A DNA stretch of 64,000 bases from Octopus vulgaris (GCA_951406725.2 OX597832.1:50530001-50594000), one strand, 5' to 3'. Shown: positions 48,051 through 62,962, counted from the first letter of the stretch. The notes: generated from the sequence alone by a model not told the origin. Program-made: numbers and translations.

Positions 48051-49479
48051 TTTTAAACTTCATTTTATAGTAAGAATTTAGACAAAACATTCAAAAGCCA
48101 GCTACTAATAATATTGATTATCAGTGTGATTGAAATATTTATCATCCTAACAAAAAAAAAATTTATCTTCAATCAAAAATGTTCCCGATTATGTATTTCT
48201 GGTGAACCTTTTTCAGTTCTTCAGAAGTTAATATGACATTACTTGCATATATACAAGTCCTTCTTTGTGACAAATTATTGAACGAAAATTACAAAATATT
48301 GGTCGTAATAACGACTATGCCTCAGACGAAGGTTCTGCTGCCACCGTTATTAAAATATGGGCGGTTTGACGAACCCCAGATAAATTCTTAAAGACCTCAA
48401 ATAGGATAGCGACCTACTGTAGTTACATCTAGCGACTTAACGCACCAGAATTCGATTCTGATTCAGAGGAAAAGGTTAACAAGTACAGAGGCGGGAAAAA
48501 TTGCTTCTTTTTTTTTTTAATAATCGTTTTATCGTGATTTTATTACTGTTTTTTATTGATTCTCCCCCATTTTCATTCGAAAAAAAAAATTAAATCAATT
48601 TTCCATAAAATATATCAAAACAATGATAAAACCTGATCTTCAAAACTTAATTGTCCACAAAATACGAGATCGACAAGAAATAATAATAAATCCGACACGA
48701 AAGAAAAAAAAAAAGATAAATTATATTTTTTTATCTCTATAAAATAAATACGGCTTTTAAACTTGGTATATTTATTTCAATTTCTATTGTCTAAAAGGAG
48801 GTGTGAGGGTGGGTGTAGTCGACACTTTTGAAAAAAAAAAAAAAGTTCCTGCTAAAAAAAATATTAAGAAACTTCTTTACTGAAGTTTTCAAAAGAAACC
48901 AACAAACCCCCCAAAAAAATATCGGAAGAAAAACCCAAACTCAAAAAAACCACAAAATACACAGCAAAATATCTATCGCATCAAGTTTATAATTATCCAG
49001 TAAAAGACGGAATAATTTCTAATGGAAGATGGTGCAGAAGCAGAGAACAAGAGAGTTTAAGAGGTTGTCTTTATTAGAAGCATGATTAATTATTCAAAAG
49101 ACCACTGTCTATATATCTTCTGTGTTGTCGCACCTGATGCCAACTCTCTCACACACTCTCTCGTTACAGCTGTGTCTTTTTCTTCTTTTTTTTTTCTCTC
49201 TCTCTCTCTCTCTCTCTCGTTACAGCTGTGTCTTTTTCTTCTTTTCTCTCTCTCTCTATCCATTCCTTCGAATCTTTCTGTCAAGTCAAGTAATCTGTCC
49301 AGCGAGAGATAGTATTATGTTTGGACGGAAGAAAGGGGTCTGTGTACAGTACTGCACTGATACAACCTCACTTCGTTATCGATTGACACACGTACACACA
49401 CAGACACACACACACACACCATCAGATAAATTATATGAATAAAGTATTTCATATGTACATACAAGCACAAAATGTGTTA

Positions 49480-49949
49480 ATGTATATACACATATATATA
49501 TATATATATGTATATATATACATACATATATATATGTGTATATATATATATTTTTTTTTATACATATATATATATATGTATATATATATACATACATATA
49601 TATGTATATATATATATACATACATATATATATGTATATATATATACATACATATATATATGTATATATATATACATACATATATATTTATATATATGTA
49701 TATATATATACATATATATATGTATATATATATACATATATATATGTATATATATATACATATATATATATGTATATATATATACATACATACATACATA
49801 TATATACACATATATACATATATATATACATACATATATATACACACACACATATATATATATATACATACATATATATACATATATATACATATATATA
49901 CACATATATATACATAAATATATATATATACATATATATACACACACAT

Positions 49950-49984
<35 letters not shown>

Positions 49985-50075
49985 CATATATATACATATA
50001 TATACATACATATATATATACATATATATACATACATACACACACACAAATACATATTTTATACACACATATACA
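49480..50075. repeat. Compound (TA)/(CA)/(TACA) microsatellite
   Basis: Directly visible; source of the spurious YI-rich ORFs. Confidence 0.95.
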
Positions 50076-50381
50076 CGAGTTCCGAATTCAAAAGAATGAT
50101 CAGAGACGTGAGACAGTAGCGGGGGAGGCGAGGGGGGGGGTTGTCGTGCAGGAGATGAATATATAGAAACAATTAAATATATATATTTTTTTTCTACTGC
50201 ACAACATTCTGCCTGGCATAAATTTAGAAAGTACTGAGACAATTCCAAGAGGAATCAATAGGAAATCGATCGGATTTTGTGTAAACTACCAATAATGGTA
50301 AATCGAATGGTAAAGAAGAAAAAAAAAAAAAAGAAATGATAATTGAAAGATAACTGACAGGATACTTTACACTGCTATTTC

Positions 50382-50523
50382 TGTGTGTGTGTGTGTGTGT
50401 ATCTATGTATGTGTGTGTGTATATATATATGTATGTATGTGTGTATATATATATATATATATATGTGTATGTATGTATGTATGTATGTATGCATGTATGT
50501 ATGTATGTGTGTATATATGTATG

Positions 50524-50564
<41 letters not shown>

Positions 50565-50659
50565 GTATATATATATATGTATGTATGTGTGTGTATATAT
50601 GTATGTATATATATATATATATATACATACGTGTGTGTCTATGTATGTATATATGTGTG

Positions 50660-50700
<41 letters not shown>

Positions 50701-50735
50701 CACACACACATACATATATATATATGTATGATATA
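50382..50735. repeat. Compound (TG)/(TA)/(TATG) microsatellite
   Basis: Directly visible. Confidence 0.95.
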
Positions 50736-52517
50736 TAGGCACTGGCCTGCTGTGAGGTCAAGAAGTTTACTTCCAAGCTACATGGTTTCTGCTTATCAAA
50801 TGGCATATGTTACTCTAGTGCTGGGCCAACCAAAATCTTCTGAATGGATTTGGAAGATGGTAATTGAAAGAAACCCGTCACATCACCTCACATACACACA
50901 TACGTATCAATGGGCTTCCTTCAGTTATCACACACACACACATATATATATATGTGTGTGTCTGAGTACACTTACTCATTTACTCTTTTACTTGTTTCAG
51001 TCATTTGACTGCGGCCATGCTGAAGCACCGCCTTTAGTTGAGCAAATCGACCCCAGGACTTATTCTTTGTAAGCCCAGTACTTATTCTATCGGTCTCTTT
51101 TGCCGAACCGCTAAGTGACGGGGACATAAACACACCAAAAGAGACCGATAGAGTAAGTACTAGGCTTACAAAGAATAAGTCCTGGGGTCGAGTTGTTTGA
51201 CTAAAGGCGGTGCTCCAGCATGACCACAGTCAAATGACTAAAACAAATAAAAGAATATATATATATATGTGTGTGTGTTAGTGTGAATTATGTAAAAGCA
51301 AATGATGATGATAGATTATATATATATATATAATATATATAATATATATATACTCTTTTACTTGTTTCAGTCATTTGACTGTGGCCATGCTGGAGCACTG
51401 CCTTTATCGAGCAAATCGACCCCAGGACTTATTCTTTTGTAAGCCTAGTACTTATTCTATCGGTTTCTTTTTGCCGAACCGCTAAGTGACGGAGACGTAA
51501 ACACACCAGCATCGGTTGTCAAGCGATGTTGGGGGGACAAACACAGACACGCAAACATAGACACACACATATATACTTATATACGATGGGCTTCTTTCAG
51601 TTTCCGTTTACCAAATCCACTCACAAGGCTTTGGTCGGCCCGAGGCTATAGGAGAAGACACTTGCCCAAGGTGCCACGCAGTGGGACTGAACCTGGAACC
51701 ATGTGGCTCGTAAGCAAGCAACTTACCACACAGCCACTCCTACGCCTATATATATATGTATAAAGTTGCTGATGCACTGAATGCACAACAAGTTACCAGA
51801 GGAAGCTGGGTTTGATTTTCTGCTGTGTTGGCATGCTATCTGAAGATGTGATTGATGACTGACTGGTCACTGTCTACTGAAATGTTCATAATGAAATATC
51901 TGAAACATCAATAATTTGCACAAGTCATTTGTACAGGTTATTCAGCAAGATGTTGAGGAAACTTCATCAGTTGCCTATGACATGAGAGTCCACCACCCAC
52001 CCACCCATCCACCCACACACACAGATATATATTTAGGCACAGGTGAGTCTGTGTTGTAGGAAGTGTGCTTACCAACCACATGGTTCTGGTTTCAGTCCCA
52101 CTGCGTGGCACCTTGGGCAAGTGTCTCCCACTATAGCCTCGGGCCAACCATAGACTTGTGAGTGGATTTGGTAGATGGAAACTGAAAGAAGCCCGTAGTA
52201 TATATATACGTGTGTGTGAATGTGTACCAATAGTTGTCCCCTACCAACACTTGTCAACTAGTGTTGGTGTATTCACATCCACATAACTTAGCAATTCATT
52301 AAAAGAGACCAATAAAGTATTTGGCTTAAGAAAACAATGTAAGTACCAAGGTCAATTCAATATATATATATAAGAGAGAGGGTATTGTTATTATTATTAT
52401 TGTTGTTTTTATGTATTATTTTTGTATTCATATTCATGTAACATCGTCCGTTTTTCCAAGGAATCTAATGCGCTTGGCTTAGTTTTTCCTTGGGGCTGGC
52501 CAGATTGGAGCAATCTC

Positions 52518-52645
52518 AAGATTAATCAACCGAAATTGTGAGGATGATCCGGTTCTTGACTGAAGATTGAAGGCTTCGAATGTCCCGTCCGTGTTTTTTG
52601 TATCGTCTTCTAAATATTTTGCGTTCTTGTCCCAGTTTGTATTTA
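52518..52645. repeat. Unclassified dispersed repeat, second copy at ~55512-55630, both next to (TA)n
   Basis: Shared CCGAAATTG..GATCCGGTTCTTGACTGAAGATTGAAGGCTTCGAATGTCCCG. Confidence 0.7.
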
Positions 52646-52655
52646 CACACACACA

Positions 52656-52707
<52 letters not shown>

Positions 52708-52994
52708 CATACACACACATATATATTAATATATATATATATATAGATAAAACTTACCACCTTCAAAAACGTGGAGTAGATGAAACAAGGACAACTGATG
52801 AAGGCAATGTTCTTTATGTTGCATGTCATGGTTCTGTTCGAAAAACGTTCGTTTTCTATGTTTTTGTTTTTATGTTTTCGTTTCTCATTATGTTCAACGT
52901 TTTTTTGATGTCCTGTACCTATATATGCATGTATATATATTATTTATATTAATATATACATACATATATATATATCAATATATATATATTCATA

Positions 52995-53790
52995 TTAATA
53001 TTGGCAGTTGTTTTGGCAGAGCATTGAAGAGCTTTGATCCTCTGAACTCTAGGCTATTGCAGTTCCTGGTTCTTATATCAGATGCATTGGTCGGTACCTT
53101 CAGCACGATGCAGTGGCGTCCAGTACAAGCATTCATATAACACTTGATGCTAAAATTGGGTACTAGCTCTTCCAATATTTTCCACATGCAAATTATTACA
53201 TATCCCTCACGTCTGTGCTCTAGGGAGTAGAGTCGTAGTTCTTTCAGCCCCTCCCTGTAGTTCATCTGTTGGACTGCAGCAATCTTTTTAGTGTAGTGAT
53301 ACTGGATTGTTTCAAGCTCTGTTGCTAGCTTGACACTGTGTGGTGACCACAGCTGAGAGCAGTAGTCTAGGTGGCTGAGGACAAAGATCTTCCTTAGAGT
53401 CAACATGACTTCCTGATCTCTCATCCTGAACGTCCTCAGTATCCATCCCACAAGTTGTCTGCACTTTGCTGCCAACTTGGTAATGTGCATGTGAAATGAT
53501 GCATCATTACACACACTGATGTCAAGGTCTCTCACTGTTTGTGACTCTGGGATTGCAGTACCTCCAGGTCCTGTCAATGCCAGTTGTGGAGCATTTGTGA
53601 TCTTATAGTGCAGTGCTTGAAACTTTTCAGCATCAAATTGCATACTGTTTTGCTCTGCCCACTTGTATATTGCATTTAGGTCATTCTGCAGGTTTACGAC
53701 ATCACTAGGATACTTTATTGCCTGTGATAATTTTGTATCAATGGCATAGCTAGTGACAGTGGTTGTCTGAGTGACTAAGAGGGCTACTAT
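52995..53790 (-). mobile_element. CR1/L2-group LINE RT fragment
   Basis: YAIDTKL (YADD decayed), LQNDLNAIYKWA, LDYCSQLWSP, LYSLEHRR, KLFNALP. Confidence 0.85.
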
Positions 53791-53799
53791 AAGAAGTTT

Positions 53800-55225
53800 C
53801 AGGTGTGGAAGCAAGATCTAGAACCGAAGGGCCTTAGAGTCAACCTAGCAAAAACCAAAGTCTTAATAAGTAGGAAGGCAGACAAACCACAAATCCCTTC
53901 AGGTTGATGGCCCTGCTCAATCTGTTGAAAAGGTGCAGGTAGTAAATCCATAAGATGTACCCAGTGTAAGCTATGGATGTGTAAAAGGTGCAGCAATATC
54001 AAAGGAAGGCTAACTGGGAAGATAGTTTTTGCGTGTGGCAAATGCTCAGGAGCAATAAACACTGAAAATGTGCAGAAAACAGCTTCCATCACATTCCAGG
54101 GGGAAAAACTACAAGTAGTTGAAAGCTTCCGTTACCAAGGTGACCAAGTCAGAAGCGGGAGTGGATGCTCCGAAAGTGTAGTTGCTAGAATAAGAATAGT
54201 CTGGGCAAAGTTCAGAGAGCTCCTAACTCTGTTCGTGACAAAGGGCCTCTTGCTCAGAGTAAAAAGTAGACTGTATGATGCATGTGTATGAAAAGCCATG
54301 CTACATGGCAGTGAAACATGGGCTGTGACTGCTGAGGACATGCGTAAGCTTGCAAGGAATGAAGCCAGTATGCTCTGCTGGATGTGTAATATCAGTGTGC
54401 ATACTCGACAGAGTGTAAGTACCTTGAGAGAAAGGTTGGACTTAAGCAGCAACAGATGTAGTGTGCAAGAGAGACAACTGCGCTGGTATGGTCATATGTT
54501 GCGATTGGATGAAGACAGCTGTGTGAAAAAGTGCCACACCCTTGCAGTTGAGGGAACCTGTGGAAGAAGTAGACCCAAGAAGACCTGGGATGAAGTGGCG
54601 AAGCATGACCTTTGAACATAGGACCTCACCGAGGCAATGACAAGTGACTGAGACCTTTGGAGATATATGCTGTGCTTGAGAAGACCTGGCAAGCCAAGTG
54701 AGACCATAACCATGGCCTATGTCAGTGCAGCATAACCAGTCCATTTAAAAGTACCCTTCAATCATTGGGCGAAGACCTGTTGAGGTAAGTGAAATCATTG
54801 TCGTGGCCAATGATAGTACAACCTGATTGGCACCCGTGCTAGTGGCATGTTAAAAGAACCATTCAAGTGTAATCATTACTAGTGCCACCTGACAGGCTCT
54901 TATGCTGGTAGCACGTAAAAAGCACCATTCAAGCGTGGTCATTGCCAGTGCCCTCTGACTGGCTCCTGTGCCCGTGGCATGTAAAAAGCACCATTTGAGC
55001 GTAGTCGATGCCAGTACCACCTGACTGGCCCTTGTGCCGGTGGCATGTAAAAGCACCCACTACACTCTTGGAGTGGTTGGCGTTAGGAAGGGCATCCAGC
55101 TGTAGAAACTCTGCCAGATCAGATTGGAGCCTGGGGCAGCCTTCTGGCTCGCCAGCCCTCAGTCAAACTGTCCAACCCATGCCAGCATGGAAAGCAGACG
55201 TTAAACGATGGCGATGATGATGATT
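53800..55225 (+). mobile_element. RTE-clade LINE 3' 1.4 kb, degraded
   Basis: GLRVNLAKTK, HGSETWAV, LRWYGHMLR motifs; 3' UTR with ~65-bp tandem units; GAT tail. Confidence 0.9.
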
Positions 55226-55653
55226 AGGAGAATTCACAGAATTGAAACAGTTGTATGTAATTTATATTTGATATTTATTATATTCTCTTATTATAAGAAT
55301 ATAATATGATATAGCATTATGCTAATGAATTTTAAGCTTTAATTTTTGAATTGGCTATATATATCTCCATTTTCTATTCATTTTTATAAATTTAATATAT
55401 ACCCATGTAATTTGTAAGGTTTTCTCTGCCAAATTGGGTATTTAACAGTGGAACAGTGAAAGACTGAATGTTTTCATTCCTATTTTCCTTGGATTATATA
55501 TATATATATATTCAGCCGAAATTGCGAAGATGATCCGGTTCTTGACTGAAGATTGAAGGCTTCGAATGTCCCGTCCGTGTTTTTTGTATCGTCTTCTAAA
55601 TGTTTCACGTTCTAGTCCCAGTTTGTATTTTTTTACATTTATACATACATACA

Positions 55654-56465
55654 CTAGCTGAGTAGCCCGTTGTTGCTGGGTAACTTTCACAATAGAATAC
55701 CTTTATTTGAATTTTTCGTAATTCCATGTCAGACCATGTTTCCCCCCATGGATAAGCCTTTTGATTAGGATAGATTTGTGCAATTTTTCACAAAAGATTT
55801 TATAGTGGATTTTTCCCTTTTTGAATTATTTACATGCCTGTTTGACCATTTCACATGATTTTATTCATTAAAACTTATTAAAACTTCAGAGCTTCTTCCA
55901 ATTTTCATCATCATAATGTTTTGCTTCCGTTTTGTTTAGTAAAAATTCATCATCGTAATACTTTTGCTTTCATGTCGTAATAAACAGCTATCATGCAGAA
56001 CATGTTAGCTTCCAAATCCTATTTTCCGATTAGTTAAAAATGACCAAATTTTAAACTTCTGTAACATTTTTCTACAGTTTTTTTCTGGAATAAATAACAA
56101 AATCTGATTCAATGTGAAAAATTACACCAATATGCCAAATTTGAAAATTTCCACTTAATTTTTAAAATTCAAAAATCTGTGACAGCAACAGAAAAGACCC
56201 AAGAGAGGTAAGTAGACAGACAGTTATAAGACACAACACACTCAGAAAATCATGAGTTTAAGACGATATCTTCTGAAGACATTTAACGTTAGCATTCTGG
56301 AAGTTGAGTTATTTCTCATAGGATAATTATATTTTTCGATTACTAGTAACCAAAAATCTTCTCCTTGGGACACAGATTTCAAAAATCAAATCCATTTTTC
56401 ACTAGGAAACACTCTTTGGAGCCTTTCTATGATATACACACATACACTCTCATTTATATAGTAGA
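55654..56465 (-). mobile_element. Non-autonomous Helitron-like element
   Basis: Minus strand runs from TCTACTATATAAA to a hairpin and CTAG|T. Confidence 0.6.
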
Positions 56466-56848
56466 TTTATCATTCACTTGTTTAATGTCCATTCTATGAT
56501 ACCAGCATGGTTTGGAGAAAGCTATCTGAGGCTTGATTTTATGGCTAGCAGCTCTCCTTGTTGCCAACTTTTACCTGCTTTTTTTTCCAAGTAAAGCATC
56601 TTTTATTCTTGATGAAAGTAGTCAGAATGTCAACATGGAATACCAACATAAAGTTTTGCTCAAGCATGGAATATGAGCATTAGGTGCAGGAGTGGCTGTG
56701 TGGTAAGTAGCTTGCTTACCAACCACATGGTTCTGGGCTCAGTCCCACTGCATGGCACCTTGGGCAAGTGTCTTCTACTACAGCTCTGGGCTGACCAAAG
56801 CCTTGTGAATGGATTTGGTAGACAGAAACTGAAAGAAGCTTGTCATGT

Positions 56849-56886
<38 letters not shown>

Positions 56887-56889
56887 CAA

Positions 56890-56921
<32 letters not shown>

Positions 56922-57959
56922 GTGTATGTATATATACATACATGTATGTGTGTGTGTGTGTGTGTGTATGGGTGGTGCTAGTGTCACAAAAATCACCCAG
57001 AACATTGTGGAGTGGTTGGCATTAGGAAGGGCACCCAGCCATAGAAATCATTCAGCCTATGCCAGCATGAAAAATAATGATGATGATGATATACATGCAT
57101 GCATCCATACATACATTTTTTTATGCACCCTTTTAAAGCCTAACCAGGCTCATTGGCCTGGTTTCCCAGTTTCTGTGGCGTATGTGTCCACCCCTGCTGG
57201 ATGGGACGCCAGTCCATTGCAGCGTTACTCAAGAAACACGAAGAAAGATTGAGAGAAAGTTGAAGCAAAAGAGTACAACAGGGGTCGCCACCACCCACAG
57301 CCGGCACCTCGTGGAGCTTTAGGTGTCTTCGCTTAAACACACACAACGCCCGGTCTGGGAATCGAAACCATGGTCCTCCGACTGCGAGTCCTCTGTCCTA
57401 ACCACTGGGCCATTGCGCCTCCACACATACATACATATGGGTTATAGTAAAATTAATGCAAAAGTTGGTATAACTTCTTCATTAAGTGACATAGGTTATT
57501 CAAAGTGCATATATTGGTAGAGAAACTCTCTCTCCATACAAAGGTACTATGCAATATAATCTTCATCACAAGTGAGGAATTTTTAGCAAAGTTGAATTTA
57601 ATTCTCAAATTCTCTTTGAAAAAGGTTCAGGTGTGTACTCACTTCTTCACAGACATTTGGACCTCATCTGTGTCATTAAACCATTGTCCCTGAAAACTGT
57701 TCTTCACTGGACTGAACAGGTAGATGTTGGAGAGTGCCAGATCCAGGTTGTGCAGCAGATGGCAGACCCTCTACTGTTCGCCAAGCACATAAAATACTGC
57801 TAAGTATTTCGCCCAGCGTGCTAACGTTTCTGCCAGCTCACCTCCTAATACCTTCTCTAAGCTTGTCTTACTATCTCAATGTGTTGTTCGTAGTATAGCT
57901 ATGTCTCAGAAAATCATAAAAAAAAAAAATCATGATTTTCTGTGGTGATCATACATAGC

Positions 57960-58370
57960 AGGCACAGGAGTGGCTGTGTGGTAAGTAGCTTGCTAACCAA
58001 CCACATGGTTCCGGGTTCAGTCCCACTGCTTGGCATCTTGGGCAAGTGTCTTCTGCTATAGCCCCAGGCCGACCAATGCCTTGTGAGTGGATTTGGTAGA
58101 CGGAAACTGAAAGAAGCCTGTCGTATATATGTATATATATATATATGTGTGTATGTGTGTGTGTGTTTGTCCCCCTAGCATTTCTTGACAACCAATGCTG
58201 GTGTGCTTTTGTCCCCGTCACTTAGCGGTTCGGCAAAAGAGACCAATAGAATAAGTACTGGGCTTACAAAGAATAAGTCCTGGGGTCGAGTTGCTCGACT
58301 AAAGGCGGTGCTCCAGCATGGCCGCAGTCAAATGACTGAAACAAGTAAAAGAGTAAAAAGAGTAAAAGAG
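57960..58370 (+). mobile_element. SINE family A, full-length copy
   Basis: Near-identical to 26941-27330. Confidence 0.9.
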
Positions 58371-59419
58371 CCTCTTGAACTTCTTAGACTTTGGAGAAAA
58401 GTTGTGATGCCATTCCTTGGACTGGGCCTTTGTTTCTGGATCATAAAGACAATGTTCATGTTTTATCCCATCACCAGATTGAAAAAAAAAACCCATACCA
58501 AAAAACCAGGTTTTCATTGGCTTCAAATGCTTGCAACAGATAAAAAGGAATTCTACCCTTCTCTCTTTCAAACCAAGTTCCCTCTTTACACTCATTTTCC
58601 AGAGCCCAAAGTTTTCCACTATTTTCTGTGATGCATTGTGTCAACAGTCCAGTTGCGTAACAAGTCCATGTGAATGGGTTTGTCCACTAGTTGGCAATTT
58701 GTGCCAGTGGTTGTAATTGATGGGCTCCCACAGCATGATTTTTCTTCAAAGCTGTTTTCCCCTCCTTTAAATTTCTTCAAAGATGTGTGATCGTTACTGC
58801 GTCGCCTTACTAGCACTTGTGCTGGTGGCATGTGAAATATTCGAGCGAGGTCGTCGCCAGTGCCGCTGGACTGGCTCCTGTGCAGGTGGCACGTAAAAAG
58901 CACCATTTGGGCGTGGCTATTGCCAGTACCACCAAACTAGCCCTCGTGTCGGTGGCACGTAAAAAGCACCCACTACACTCTCAAAGTGGTTGGCGTTAGG
59001 AAGGGCATCCAGCTGTAGAAACTCTGCCAGATCAAGATTGGAGCCTGGTGCAGCCATCTGGTTCGCCAGACCTCAGTCAAATCGTCCAACCCATGCTAGC
59101 ATGGAAAGCGGACGTTAAATGATGATGATGATGATGATTTATGCACATTTATCTTGTCAATGGTGTCACCTCCATAAACAACTTGTAGCCTTCTGTAAAT
59201 GTCAGACAGCCTGTACCCCTTCCTTCATCAAGAACTCAAAGATAGCATGTTGCTTCTGTTTGGAACCCATTATTTGCCTGTGATGAAGAATAGGATGTTA
59301 CTCTACAAATATATGCAATTTGAATTACCTATATCCATTAATAAAAAAAATCTAGTGTGTGTATGTATGTATATGCCTGTGGGTGTGCATGTATCAGTGT
59401 GTTTGTTTACATTTGCATC

Positions 59420-60003
59420 CTAATCATCATCATCACTCATCATTGTTCAACCGTAGTCGAGACAATGGAATTTACCATGCTACGCCAGACTTCACGGTCC
59501 ATCAAAGCATTACGGAGGTCCTGTTGCTGGATGCCTGCATCCCTGGAGATTACATCAGGATAGGAGAGTGTGCGCCCTCTGGTGTTGCGAGTTGATGGCT
59601 TCCAGAGAAGAGTAGAAATTGCCTCGTTTTCAGTTCTACAACAATGTCCAGCAAACTGGACTCTCCTACCTTTCACAAGAGATGACACAGGTGGTAGTTT
59701 CCCATTTATTAGCATTTTGGTTGGATGACACTTCCATGAGAGATTTTTGAGCTCTCATAAGGAGGCGAGTGTAGGTTCCATCCAACCGCCTCTCAAGCTT
59801 CTTTGATAACGTCCAGGTTTCTGAGCCATATAGTAGAATTGGTTCAACTGTGGCTTTGAAGATTTCAAGTTTGAAGTCTCTACTTAGATTTGATGACCAG
59901 ATCTTATGCATGTCATTACAGGCTGACCAGGCCATACCCTTTCTAGTTAGAAAGTCTTTTCCAGATGATGATATGTATGACCCAAGATATTTGTAATCAG
60001 GAA
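59420..60003 (-). mobile_element. RTE-like LINE 3' fragment
   Basis: YKYLGSYI, ILLYGSETW, FAGHC motifs; TGA-repeat tail. A deleted homolog lies at 63120-63465 (+). Confidence 0.85.
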
Positions 60004-60365
60004 CCTAAGAAAGTCAGAAGTTACTAAGCGGTATTAAAATTTCTGTCAACAAATTATCTACTTGCTTCATGCCTTCAAAGATATGTGAAACGAGATTCAT
60101 TACTGGAAAGAAAGTTAGGAGTTAGCAACAGAAAGGGCATCCAGCTGTAAAACCATGCCTCAATGATATATTCCACAAGTGCATGCTAACAACGAAAAAT
60201 GGACATAAAACAAACATAACTCTAGTTTCCCCTGTTTCAATTTAGTCAAAAGATGTTGGCTGGCCTGGAAATAATTGCAAAAATCACCCAAGGGGCTGCA
60301 TGGCATCTGGTAGATGAAAACTGTATGGAAGTCCATCATGTATGAGGGTGGACACACACACACAC

Positions 60366-60413
<48 letters not shown>

Positions 60414-60645
60414 CATATATATATACATACATACATATATATGTATACATACATACAAACATATACATACATACATATACATACATACATGTTTGTGTGT
60501 ATAATAATGTTATACACAATAGCATTATTTCTACTATAAAACTTACAGCAATTGTGCATTAATATTATTTAATTCTACATTTCTTAGGAAGCTCCAGCAT
60601 GGCCACAATCTAAAACTGAAATGCAAGTAAAAGCTTGTATGTATG

Positions 60646-60689
<44 letters not shown>

Positions 60690-62962
60690 CATACACACAC
60701 ATATATATAATATACATGTATATATACATATATATATATATTTAATACATACATATATATAATATATACATGTATTTTTTATTTGTTTTAGTTATTTGAC
60801 TACGGCCATGCAGGAGCACCGCCTTTAGTCGCAGAAATCGACCCCAGAACTTATTCTATCGGTCTTTTTTTTAACCACTATACATTATATACATACATAC
60901 ATATATAGATAAATAGATAGATAGATAGATAAATACACACACATATAATAGATATAAAATATGTACGTGTGTATATAACACACACACATATATATATATA
61001 TATATCAGAAAAAAATTCATACATTTTCAATATCAATAGCATTTCTCTTGTTATTTTTTACATGAAGTTTTCGAAAAATGAATATTGTTATTATTCAATT
61101 CTCTATTTCCCAACACACAACACACATATATATATATATGTGTGTGTATATATTCACACACACACATATATATGTGTATGTGTGTATATATATATATATA
61201 CATATATATATAACTTTTGGCGGCGTTTAAGAGATGGATAAAAGAGGCAAAGAAAAAAAATGTTGAAATGGCAGTTTTTGTTGATTAACTGGAAACAACT
61301 GTGGACTCATGGAATACGACTTGGTGTGATCCCTCCCACAAACGTCTGACAACTAGGGAGTTAAAACCAGAGTAGTTGTTGGCTGAAGTCGCGCACAAAA
61401 GGCTAAAATATTTCTACAAAGTATCCAAGATGGTAATGGAATTACAATAGGAGATTGCAGGTATCGGTAAGCTATAAGAACTTGTTATGGGCACGAACAA
61501 TTAAATTACCAATTTTTTCCCTCTAAATATCTCAAAGTTGTTGCCTATGTGTAAAATCCATTTATGTAGAAGCACAGGTTTTGTCAGTAATTTCTCGCCG
61601 ATCCGAAGCCAGAGGCCCGGTTTCGATTTCCAGATGGAAATTCATTTTATTTGTCGCTTCATCAATGCCCTTGGAAAAATAAAGTATGAATGTATAAGAC
61701 CCCTGTATTTCATGCGATATATTCGAGACTGTTGTTGTATTCGTTCTCCCCCAATACATCCTGAGACTTTGTATCCATTCTCGTTTAAGGGCGAGCCAAT
61801 GAGGGAACATCTCTGTTGTCACTCAACCTGCAAGAAATAGCAGCCAAATCTCCCTTGAATCAAATCCCTACGGTCTTTCATAAAACGAAGGACACGCTGG
61901 AGTGTGTAGACCTGGATATGGAAAAACGGGATGGTCACGGCTGGAACACCTTCTATCATAAGCCTACTCGATCAGTGGTAACTAGGATTTCAACAAAAAC
62001 GATTCGTTCAAAAGGTTTCATACATAACCCGTTCAAGTAATCATTGTTTTTATTTATTGCTAACTACCACCACCACCACCTCTTTAAGTAGATAAGGGAA
62101 TTCCCCCTCCTCTGACTAAAAATAGCTACTAGTATATATTTACTTCTCATTATCTACTTTCACTTAGAGAAGAAATCAAAATATTTGGACGATCGAACGA
62201 ATATTGCTAAGGAACACCACAAGGGGATTCGAAAATAAGGCAATTGGAAAACAAACCATTTGTTATTCACAACTGATTAAGTCCCAGTAGTATGCAGATG
62301 CGTTAATTAAAAAAAAAAAAGGCCAATAGCAAGAGAGTCCAGCTAATATTTATATGGACTTAAATATTTGTTTTCAAACAGAGAGCAGAAATCTGATCAT
62401 TTAAAATTGTTTTTCTTTTGCAAAGAGACTAAACAAATGTATCATGATTTCGTACCGAACGAAAATATGGTTCGATTTACCGATATAAACACCAAGAAAT
62501 ACAAAAAATAAAAACAGAATTATCAAAAAATTAACGAACATGTTGGTCTTAGTAATCAAATCATGTCCAGCCCAGCCCAGACCAATTTGAATTAATTTAA
62601 CAAAAACGAAATCGCACGAGTAAAACGAGCTTGCAATAAGAAATCAGTGACTATAAGGAAATACCTGCCCAAATATATCACAGCAACTAACTATATTTTT
62701 GGTAAATAATCCAGAATTTCTTCAGTCGCTTTCCATTGTTGTCCATGCCGACAATCCAAGGTAAGTATTACTATAGAAAAAAAACCTATTCAGCCACATT
62801 TCGTACGAAGAAAATGATTGGTTAGTTTCTAAATTATATGTTATACCTATTTACCTCCCTTGCTGAACCCATATGCACGTAAGCGTACACACACACACAT
62901 ACACACACATATGTAGGTATGTCTGAGAGTATATAAGAATTAAGTGTGTATGCCTGTATGCA

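Noticed and set aside
49376-51072. Many overlapping 100-230 aa Y/I/C/V/M/H-rich ORFs
   Set aside because: Translations of stop-poor TA/CA/TG microsatellite. The same applies to 56673-57252, 60160-60562 and 62946-63957.
52540-52850. Additional hammerhead cores (CTGAAGA..GAAT at 52560; CTGATGA at 52795)
   Set aside because: Could not assemble a GAAA with helices I and II around either.
61562-62790. Terminal exons of a minus-strand gene entering from the right (acceptors at ~61672 and ~62772)
   Set aside because: The phases do not join into an open frame and no protein similarity was recognised.
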